Source: Kiritimatiellia bacterium (GTDB lineage: Bacteria; Verrucomicrobiota; Kiritimatiellia; JAAZAB01). Taken from it: 64,000 nucleotides of DNA. Under the pieces are notes generated by a model, which was not told the origin of the DNA, searched no databases, and worked only from the letters and a program-made list of their open reading frames with translations. How positions within the stretch are numbered: the first letter of the stretch is position 1; the number at the start of each line of letters is the position of its first letter. The position numbers and the translations under genes were made by a program. Location of the stretch: the NCBI GenBank assembly GCA_040767085.1, contig JAXGPF010000013.1, positions 32,001 to 96,000 of the forward strand, in the 5' to 3' direction. Below are positions 56,449 through 64,000 of the stretch, piece by piece.

Positions 56449-57956
56449 TTACCGGTTCGGGCAATTGCCCAAGGGTATGATATAGCGCCATTTCCGCGCC
56501 ATGAAAAGTTCTGAAGCCATAAGATCGTTTGGTAACCACTCGAGCTTTATTGTTCAAGCCCTCGGTTGCGCCAGTAAAAACCTCGTTTCTGGCTCTGATC
56601 CAGTTCAAAAGCAGCTCCTCGTGTTTAGCAATGGTTTTAGCCGCCTTAATGATTGGCGCAATGCGGCTACGACAGGCGCGCTTGACCCATGCCTGGAGAT
56701 AATTACGCGCCCAGGTTGGGCTGTGATAGCTCCAAAAATGCTGAAAGCTTTCCTTGAACAAATAGGCGCGGCCGGTTTGCAGTCTTGTGCCCAATATCCG
56801 ATCAAGCATTTCGCGAGCTTTGCCGCGCACGCGGGTTTTGCGGCGCAGCAAGGTCCAGCGCATTTTCTTGAGTTTTTGCTTGGCCGCCGGACGCGCTGTC
56901 ATCGCCGCCATATCCCGGCGCCGGACCTCGTCCACGGCGGCATTCAAGGTTTGCACGACATGGAAGCGGTCAATCATGTGGCAACCGTGGCTGAGGCTCG
57001 CAGCAATGACTTTCAGATAAGGTCGCCACATATCGCTACATATATGTCGAATGCCGGCCAGCACGGGTTTTCCCAAAGATTGCAACCCTTTACGCAGCGC
57101 GGCCGCCCGGCGGGTTTGGCCGACCCAGAGCAATCGGCGGCATTGCGCATCAATCTGATAGATCAAGGTCAGATAGTTCTTGCTCTTTTTACCGTTGCCT
57201 ACGTGGAGTTCATCAACACCAATCGCCGTTATATTGGCCAATTCCCGGTGCGCCAAGCCCCATTCCACCATCCACTCGACCGACCGATAAACCGCCTGCC
57301 AACTGACTTTGAAAATCAGCGCCGTCTCTTTCCAGGACAACCTCCGCGCCCAGTTCCCCAAAAAAAGCATCAGCGCCTTGCTGTAGGGTCGTTTGCCATC
57401 GCTCCAAGGCAGCGCTTCCACCACCACGCCATGTTCGGGGCAATTTACCCGGCGCGGACTATAATGCAAAAAAGCCGGCACATTCAAAATGGGCACAAAC
57501 GCCCATATCCGTTCAGGCAGAGTGTCGTATGTCGCCAGCGGTCGCCCGCAACGCGAGCAGCATGCCGCGCGTTGGCGATGCGGACGAATGCTTATATCCA
57601 CTTTCCATTGGCCGCGACGATCCAAAACCATACAAGTTTCCTGATAAATAAAACGTTTCAAAGGTTGCAAACGATTCAAAATTGTTTTAAGTTTCACCTT
57701 GGGCTGGTCCTCCTTTTTTTGTGTTCACCCATTGCATACGCAATGGATTACGGAAAGGCCAGCCTATTTTTTTGCCGCCGCTTTATCTCCGTTCCGCCAT
57801 CGCGCCAATCAGGAGTTATTAATCAGGCTGCTGCGGGGCCGCCAAACGCCCAAAGCGGCAGGCTGTTAATAACTCCACCATCTTTTGGCGCCATTGCTTG
57901 GAGAACTTCTTAAACTTTAAAACCTGTTTTTTACCCACAAATTCTGGTTAGGAGCC
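56423..57956 (-). mobile_element. Complete ISL3-family insertion sequence (1534 bp)
   Basis: 26-bp terminal IRs matching 22/26 (GTTTCCTCACCAGAATTTGTGGGTGA / GGCTCCTAACCAGAATTTGTGGGTAA); 8-bp TSD ATTTATTT at 56415-56422 and 57957-57964; lower GC than flanks. Confidence 0.95.
56429..57697 (-). CDS. ISL3 family transposase
   Basis: Zinc finger CSRCG...CPEHG, GVDE, SDMW, DRFHVV, TEGLNNK..SYGFR. Confidence 0.95.
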   Translation of the reverse strand: MKLKTILNRLQPLKRFIYQETCMVLDRRGQWKVDISIRPHRQRAACCSRCGRPLATYDTLPERIWAFVPILNVPAFLHYSPRRVNCPEHGVVVEALPWSDGKRPYSKALMLFLGNWARRLSWKETALIFKVSWQAVYRSVEWMVEWGLAHRELANITAIGVDELHVGNGKKSKNYLTLIYQIDAQCRRLLWVGQTRRAAALRKGLQSLGKPVLAGIRHICSDMWRPYLKVIAASLSHGCHMIDRFHVVQTLNAAVDEVRRRDMAAMTARPAAKQKLKKMRWTLLRRKTRVRGKAREMLDRILGTRLQTGRAYLFKESFQHFWSYHSPTWARNYLQAWVKRACRSRIAPIIKAAKTIAKHEELLLNWIRARNEVFTGATEGLNNKARVVTKRSYGFRTFHGAEMALYHTLGQLPEPVITHKFW

Positions 57957-58059
57957 ATTTATTTATTTCCAATTTTAACTTCTACATGGTAAATTTACTA
58001 AATCAGCTCGGGACGGCGGCGCGGCCGCCGGCGCGCGCCGGATAGCGCAGGAGACCAGG

Positions 58060-58338
58060 ATGGCGCAAAACGTTAAACCGGATGACCGGCGGGATATCGG
58101 TGAAATGAGGGCGGAAGCGCAGGCGGGCGTTTCGCTGCGCCGCCTGGCTGCGGCCTTGCTGGTGTTTTACCTGGTCGCCGGGATTTTGAACGGCCGGCAT
58201 TTGTACGAGGCGGCGGAAAGGCGCCCCTACGGGCGCGTGCGGGATATCTGGCTGGCAGCGCTGGCGCCGGCGCGCAGTCTCTCCGTTGCGCTTGGCGCGG
58301 ACCGGTTCCGTGCGATGTTGGAACATCTGAGGGATTAA
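58060..58338 (+). CDS. Small membrane protein between MBOAT and SGNH genes
   Basis: SD AGGAG, one TM helix, operon spacing. Confidence 0.7.
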   Translation: MAQNVKPDDRRDIGEMRAEAQAGVSLRRLAAALLVFYLVAGILNGRHLYEAAERRPYGRVRDIWLAALAPARSLSVALGADRFRAMLEHLRD

Positions 58339-58353
58339 CATAGGAGCAGCGGC

Positions 58354-59097
58354 ATGAAAACGAGCATGGCGGGACAATGGGCGGTATGGTTGGCGGCGTG
58401 GACCGCCGCTACAGCAATGTGGGCCGCGCCGGCGGAGGCGCCGGCTGCTCCCGCGCGCGTTTTGATCATCGGCGATTCGATGATGAAACTGCCGGCGCAT
58501 GCGATCGAGCTGGCGTTGGCGGGACGCGCGGGTGTGACGACGCGCGCCTACACCTCCATTGGCACCGGGCTGGCCCGCTTGGATTCGTTCGATTGGATGG
58601 AAAAAACCCGGACCCTGCAGCAGGAATTCAACCCGGATATCACCCTGGTCTGCTTTGGCACCAACGACCGCCAACCCATGCAGACCGCCGACCGCATCGT
58701 CAAGGTGGAAGACGCGGAATGGGAGCAGGAGTACGCCCGGCGGGTGGGCGCCTTGATGGACTTGATCATCGCGCGCCCCGCAGCCCGCATACTGTGGCTG
58801 GAATTGCCCGATATGCGCGATGAAAAAATTCAAGCGGATGTGCTGCTGATCAACCGCCTGGTTCAGGAAGAAGCCGCCAAGCGTCCGCCGGTGGAGTTTT
58901 TCGGCACGCGGGCGATCCTGGGGCACCGCCCCGGCAAGTTCACGCCGTACGTCATCGGAACCAAAGGCTTGCCGGTCCAGGTGCGGGATCCGGATGGCAT
59001 GCATTTGAATCGCGCCGGCGCCGACCGCCTGGCGGAACATATCGTTAAGGCAATCTATGGAACAGCGACGGACGCCGGGACAAGTCAGGGCCGGTAA
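58354..59097 (+). CDS. Secreted SGNH/GDSL protein (DUF459-like)
   Basis: Signal peptide, IGDSM, GTGL, FGTND, DGMH. Confidence 0.9.
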   Translation: MKTSMAGQWAVWLAAWTAATAMWAAPAEAPAAPARVLIIGDSMMKLPAHAIELALAGRAGVTTRAYTSIGTGLARLDSFDWMEKTRTLQQEFNPDITLVCFGTNDRQPMQTADRIVKVEDAEWEQEYARRVGALMDLIIARPAARILWLELPDMRDEKIQADVLLINRLVQEEAAKRPPVEFFGTRAILGHRPGKFTPYVIGTKGLPVQVRDPDGMHLNRAGADRLAEHIVKAIYGTATDAGTSQGR

Positions 59098-59107
59098 AAT
59101 TTTGCGG

Positions 59108-62100
59108 ATGGGCCCGCGGTGGATTTGGGCCTGTCTGGGCTGGTTTGGCGCCGCCGCGGCGCCGGCCGCGCTGGCGCAGGACGCCGCCGCGCCGTCCTCC
59201 AATCCCCCTCCGGCAATCGCCACCGAAGCGGCCGCGGCCGCCGGCGGGCCCGCGGTTGCCGCCGCGCCGACCAACCTGGCGCCGGTGAGCGCCATCGATG
59301 CCGGCGGCCGGATGCGCGCCAAGCTGTACGAGGCCATGCTCAACGTGCAGGACAAGCAGTACGAGGCGGCCATCCCCAAGCTGGAGGCGGTGATCACGGA
59401 AGACCCAACCCTGCTGGAAGCCTGGTCCACGCTAGGCTGGGCTTACTGGGCCCTGGACCGCAAAAAGGAGGCGGCGGCGCTCTGGCAGCGCCTGGTGAAC
59501 ATAGCGCCCAACGAGCCGATGGGCTACAGCCTGATGGCCCAGGTCGCCGTGCATGACGGCGATCTCTCGCGCGCCGAAGAGCTTTACCGCAAAAGCCTGG
59601 CGCTTAATCCCGACCAGTATGAAATGCGCATATCCCTGGCGCGCGTTTTGCTGTGGAGCGGTAAAACCGGGCAGGCCAGCAAGGATTTGCGCCGCCTGCT
59701 GGATGAAGATCCTGACCGGCTGGACGTGGAAATCGACCTGGCCTGGGCCATGTACGCCAACGAGGAATACGAGGATGTGCTGGATGTCTGGAACCACATC
59801 AACGAGGTCGTGCCCGATCAGCCCGGCTACATGGTGGCGCGCGCGCAAGTCCTGCTGTTGATCGGGTCGCTGACGGAAGCCGAAAGCGAAGCCCGCCGCA
59901 TTCTGGAAATCGATCCGGACAACCGGGACGCTTTCAACCTGCTGGCGAACCTGGCCATGCGCGCGCGCCGCCCCGAGGAAGCGGTGGACGCTTTGCGCAA
60001 GGTATACGATCTGGCTAAAAAAGACGATGCCCGGGCCCGGGTGGCGCTGCAAATCGCGAATTACATGAAAGCCGTGTATGACACGGATAAGACCGTTTTT
60101 ACCCTGGCACAATGCCTGGAAGCCGCCCGCGACGCATATCAACTGGACCCGGAGAATGTTTCCGTCAAACTGTTTTATGGCGAACTCATGACCGCCGACC
60201 GCCAATTCGGCCCCGCCGAAGAAATTTTCCAGTCAGTGCTCCGCGAGAACAATCCTTTCAACCTCCGCGCCCACACGGACCTGGTGCAAATCCTGCTGGC
60301 GCGCATGCAACTCGATGCGGCGGAGAAAAAGATGAACGACAATCTCCGCCTGTTCAATGCCAACAATCCTTACCGGCACCTGTTCTGGGCGCAGTTGCAT
60401 TTTGCCCGCGGCAATACCCCCGCCGCCATGGACGCCCTGGAGCGCCTGGAGCGCGAAGGGTCCGCGGGCGCGGTCTTCACCTTGTTGTACCACGGGATTT
60501 CGCCCAGCGAATGGGGGGATGTGCCGTCGGTCCGCCAGTTCCGCGAGCACTTGATGGTGCTGCGGCGCGCGGGATTCAAGTTCATCACCCCGTCCCAATT
60601 CGACGATTACTTCGCCAAACATGCCAAGCCGCCGCCGGTGGAAGAGCCGCGGCCGCTGCTGAACCGCGCCGTACAGGGCCTGCGCCACGCCTGGAGCGGC
60701 CAGCGGACGGAGACGACTCCGCGCCTGTCCGATTATACACCGGACCTGACGGTTTGCGTGACGATGGACGATGCGCTCCGCAATTCCCTGCGTTACGGCA
60801 ACTTTGTGGCGGAGGAATTGCAGGTGCCGCTGACCATGTTTTTGCCGGTGGGCAACGTCCTGAAACACGACACCTACACGGCTTCGTTCCAGGAAATCCG
60901 GGAGTACCAGGCGTCGGGGCTGTGGGAACTGCAAAGCCATCTCATGCAGGCCAGCTATACCGCGATGACCAACCGGCAGGGGCGGGAGGTCAATCCCCTG
61001 CCGAATCTCATCTGGCTGCCGGAAAAAAAACGGCAGGAATCCCTGCGCGAGTACCACGCCCGGTTGCGGCATGAATTCCGCGATTCGCGGCGGATTCTGG
61101 CGCGCGAACTGGGTTTGGAAGAATCCGCCCTCAACGCCGTGGCTTACCCGGTCGGCGACATCGGCCAGGAGACTTCCTGCAATATTGACGTGTTCAACGT
61201 CCCGGAAGTGATTCTGAACGAGGCCGAGGTTAGCTACCGCATGGGCTTTATCCAGGACGAGTTTGGCTATTCCATGCCCTCCGACAATCCCATGCTTTAC
61301 AAGCGCTATGAACCGAAGCGCTTTACCACCGGCCGCGAAGTGTACCGGGCGGCCATGCGCAACCATCCCGTTTTCTGCGCGCGCCGGATGCGGGCGGAAA
61401 TCGCCGCTCTGAGCGGCCAATTACACCTGGCGCAGGAAATGGTGCAACTGCTGAAGCGCGATGGCTACCCCGAGGAAGACCTGGCGGTAATTAACGCCTT
61501 GGTGCAGAAGCATGTCGCCCGCCTGATGCCCCCGCCCGAAACCGCACCGGGTCATGACATCCACAAAGAGGCGTTCCTGGAGCCGCGGGAACCTTTCCTG
61601 GCGGCCGAAGGGGACTACACCAAGGCGAACGTGATGATCGAATCCTGGCATGGCGGCGCCGCCGCCGGTTTGAATGTGAACCCGCGGTTGAGCCTGGAAG
61701 TGCGCGCCGGCGTCGGCGGCATCAAGCAAACCGTAAAATCCAACATGGTGGTGAAAGTCGAGCAGACCAGCGAGTCTTCGTCCTATTCCGATATCACGAT
61801 CATCACCGACGGCGAGACATCACAACAGCAGCAATACAGCACCACAATCACCACGGTCATGCTGCAATCCAACAAGGTCACCGAATACAAATACAAGGCG
61901 GACGAGCAAATGATCGGCGCCGCGCTGAATTACATTCACGCCCATGGCGCGAACACCATCATGGATTTGCGCTACCGCTCTTTCAAGGGCGACGAATTCG
62001 AGGACAACACCGGCGCCGTGGCCGGCGCCCTGGAGCACCAGTGGCGCCCGGTGCCCGCGTTCGACACTTCCGTGCGCTACCAGCATGACCTCGTGCCCTC

Positions 62101-62662
62101 GGCGCGCGAACTGCTGGAATACGACGGGTTCGCCCTGCGGGCGATCTGGCGGATTCAGGATTGGTGGCATGCCAGCGCGCTGGGCGCTTTTTCCGTCTTT
62201 GAGGATGATAATTCGCACCTGCACGCCAATATTGAAAACCTCTGGCGGATGTCGCCCCGGCACAATGTCTGGTTCGGCTTGCATGACTCCGTGGATACGG
62301 TGGACCGGAAAAGCGATTTGTACTGGACACCCTACTGGGACCAGCGGCATTACCTGGTGCTGCGGCTGAGCCAGAGCTATCCGAATTACACCGGCGCCGT
62401 GCGGTTTCATCTGGGTTTGCAGAAAGACAAGGCGCGCCAGGAAGACTTGGATGCCTACAACACCGCCAAGGCCAGCGCCGAGAAGGGCGGCTGGTATCCC
62501 GGCAGCAATCCCCAGCAGGATTGGGCTTCGCTGCTGGGCTTGGGCGTAACCCTCTCGCGCCGGTGGGCCAGCGGCTGGGATTTGACCGCGGAATTCTCCG
62601 TGAATGCCATCCGCGATTACACCGAACACACGCTGGGCGGCCGGCTGATGTACCGGTTTTGA
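59108..62662 (+). CDS. TPR + polysaccharide deacetylase + outer-membrane beta-barrel protein
   Basis: Signal peptide; TPR run; LLYHG, VTMDDA, LQSH, AYPVG CE4-type motifs; alternating beta strands ending LMYRF. Confidence 0.8.
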   Translation: MGPRWIWACLGWFGAAAAPAALAQDAAAPSSNPPPAIATEAAAAAGGPAVAAAPTNLAPVSAIDAGGRMRAKLYEAMLNVQDKQYEAAIPKLEAVITEDPTLLEAWSTLGWAYWALDRKKEAAALWQRLVNIAPNEPMGYSLMAQVAVHDGDLSRAEELYRKSLALNPDQYEMRISLARVLLWSGKTGQASKDLRRLLDEDPDRLDVEIDLAWAMYANEEYEDVLDVWNHINEVVPDQPGYMVARAQVLLLIGSLTEAESEARRILEIDPDNRDAFNLLANLAMRARRPEEAVDALRKVYDLAKKDDARARVALQIANYMKAVYDTDKTVFTLAQCLEAARDAYQLDPENVSVKLFYGELMTADRQFGPAEEIFQSVLRENNPFNLRAHTDLVQILLARMQLDAAEKKMNDNLRLFNANNPYRHLFWAQLHFARGNTPAAMDALERLEREGSAGAVFTLLYHGISPSEWGDVPSVRQFREHLMVLRRAGFKFITPSQFDDYFAKHAKPPPVEEPRPLLNRAVQGLRHAWSGQRTETTPRLSDYTPDLTVCVTMDDALRNSLRYGNFVAEELQVPLTMFLPVGNVLKHDTYTASFQEIREYQASGLWELQSHLMQASYTAMTNRQGREVNPLPNLIWLPEKKRQESLREYHARLRHEFRDSRRILARELGLEESALNAVAYPVGDIGQETSCNIDVFNVPEVILNEAEVSYRMGFIQDEFGYSMPSDNPMLYKRYEPKRFTTGREVYRAAMRNHPVFCARRMRAEIAALSGQLHLAQEMVQLLKRDGYPEEDLAVINALVQKHVARLMPPPETAPGHDIHKEAFLEPREPFLAAEGDYTKANVMIESWHGGAAAGLNVNPRLSLEVRAGVGGIKQTVKSNMVVKVEQTSESSSYSDITIITDGETSQQQQYSTTITTVMLQSNKVTEYKYKADEQMIGAALNYIHAHGANTIMDLRYRSFKGDEFEDNTGAVAGALEHQWRPVPAFDTSVRYQHDLVPSARELLEYDGFALRAIWRIQDWWHASALGAFSVFEDDNSHLHANIENLWRMSPRHNVWFGLHDSVDTVDRKSDLYWTPYWDQRHYLVLRLSQSYPNYTGAVRFHLGLQKDKARQEDLDAYNTAKASAEKGGWYPGSNPQQDWASLLGLGVTLSRRWASGWDLTAEFSVNAIRDYTEHTLGGRLMYRF

Positions 62663-62669
62663 GTTGCCA

Positions 62670-64000
62670 TTACTCAAACAGCACTATGCCGTCTTGGGCG
62701 TTTTCAGCGGAAGCGGTGTCCGCCGCCGCTTCCGCCTGCCCGGCGGCTGCCGGAGCGATCAGCGGCAGGGTCCGCATGCGGCGGGGCCCGGCAAACATGC
62801 CGCTGAACGGGCAGAATTCCCGGACTTCGGCCATGCCCTGGTCTTTGTCAATGCGCATGACCATGATGGTCAGGCCGGTGCCCAGCAGGCGGCGTTCGAG
62901 TTGCTCGCACCATTCCGCGCCCGGCATCCGGCTGACCAACAGGGTAAAGCCGTTCAGCTCCAACCCTTGCGCCACGGCGAGCATGTCCGGTATTTTCAGC
63001 GTACGCAGCACGGCCGCGCGCACGCAGGGCAGCAGGCGAATCTGGTAATAGCGGCAGAGAATCCGCAAGTCCGTGAAATCGCCGGTGATTTCACGCCGGA
63101 TCGCGCCGTCTTCCTCCTGTGCGAACCAGGGCGGGGCGATGGCGTTCATGGCGCGCGTCCATGGCTGCAGGGCTTGAATGCAATCGGCATCGGTCCAGGT
63201 TTGTTCCCGGGGTTGGAATACTCCCACGCGGGCCGGCAGCGGTCCGCCGGCGACTTCCCGGAGATGGGCTTGTGCCACGCCGAATTGGGGTGACCAGGGC
63301 GCCAGACCCCACCAGCCCAAACCGAGCTCCGGCGGGATCGACAGGGGCGCGCCGAAGGCCGCCTGGTTGTTGATGTAACCCGACGCGCCGCCGCCGCGCA
63401 ATTCCAGTCGCAGCCGCACGCTTCCCGGCGGCTTGGTCCAAACGCGAGTCTGGTTGGCGACCGTCTGGCCGTTGCGCCAGATTTGCAGGTAAAGCTGGCC
63501 CACTTGTTCGTAACCGAAGCGGATCATGTTGCCGTCCCCCCGCCGGGCATAGAGCCAGAAAAATCCGCGCGCGTCTTCCAGGAGGGCCTCGATGAAACCG
63601 CTGTGCATCGTGTCGGAGCCGATCAGCCGCAGCACCGCTTCCGTCTGGGCCGGCGCGGCGGTCAGCAGCGGCGCTTGATCCTCACGATCGGCGGGGTCGC
63701 CGAAGACGATCCAATCGTCCGAGATGCGGCTGGCGTTGAATTCTTCGCGGGCGGGAGCGGCGCGCGGCAGCAGCGCGGCGGCGGCAGCGCGCTGCGCGGC
63801 ATTGGATGATTGTATGGCCAAGTCGTCGAGATAGTTCATGAGCGGCCATGATTCCGGCCAGCGCAGCAGGTTCCAGCGTTCGATGGTCTGGAGCATTTGG
63901 CGCTCCATGACGGGGTTAGCGCCGATCTTGATGATTTCCCGGAGGTTGTCGAAACGATCCGCCGGCGTCGGCAGCAGGCGGTGCATCAGGCCGCGCGCGT
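62670..64000 (-). CDS. Partial putative carbohydrate-active protein (ConA-like beta-sandwich + degenerate GH18-like segment); 5' end outside window
   Basis: Frame open to the window edge; beta-rich domain followed by AIAPPWF..DG...LLPCV...LNGFTL. Confidence 0.55.
   Translation of the reverse strand, partial: ARGLMHRLLPTPADRFDNLREIIKIGANPVMERQMLQTIERWNLLRWPESWPLMNYLDDLAIQSSNAAQRAAAAALLPRAAPAREEFNASRISDDWIVFGDPADREDQAPLLTAAPAQTEAVLRLIGSDTMHSGFIEALLEDARGFFWLYARRGDGNMIRFGYEQVGQLYLQIWRNGQTVANQTRVWTKPPGSVRLRLELRGGGASGYINNQAAFGAPLSIPPELGLGWWGLAPWSPQFGVAQAHLREVAGGPLPARVGVFQPREQTWTDADCIQALQPWTRAMNAIAPPWFAQEEDGAIRREITGDFTDLRILCRYYQIRLLPCVRAAVLRTLKIPDMLAVAQGLELNGFTLLVSRMPGAEWCEQLERRLLGTGLTIMVMRIDKDQGMAEVREFCPFSGMFAGPRRMRTLPLIAPAAAGQAEAAADTASAENAQDGIVLFE

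Noticed and set aside
56501-57913. 470-aa plus-strand ORF inside the IS as a passenger gene
   Set aside because: Antisense to the transposase with no motif support

Overview
High-GC bacterial chromosome segment. Gene content and protein style suggest the PVC group, probably Kiritimatiellae (inference). Most of it is housekeeping: the end of the spc/alpha ribosomal cluster (secY-adk-map-rpmJ-rpsM-rpsK-rpsD-rpoA-rplQ) followed by a lone pilC-like gene, purF, serA, recD2, tRNA-Leu(GAG)-rdgB, a long minus-strand run (TPR-rimO-pgsA-rplM-rpsI-argJBD-lysA-dapAB-folK-panBC), rpmI-rplT-pmm-galK and a SWIM-SNF2 helicase. The right third is accessory. It holds two divergent secreted proteins sharing a C-terminal six-repeat FG-GAP module (one split by a 1-nt frameshift) and an Opp-type ABC operon with no solute-binding protein. 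It ends in a putative surface-polysaccharide modification/export locus: AlgI-like MBOAT, small membrane protein, SGNH protein, a TPR-deacetylase-beta-barrel fusion and a convergent partial carbohydrate-active protein. A complete 1534-bp ISL3 element with an 8-bp target duplication cuts off the last four codons of the MBOAT gene. Several intergenic short-period repeat tracts and a REP-like palindrome are present. No CRISPR array, rRNA or prophage was seen.
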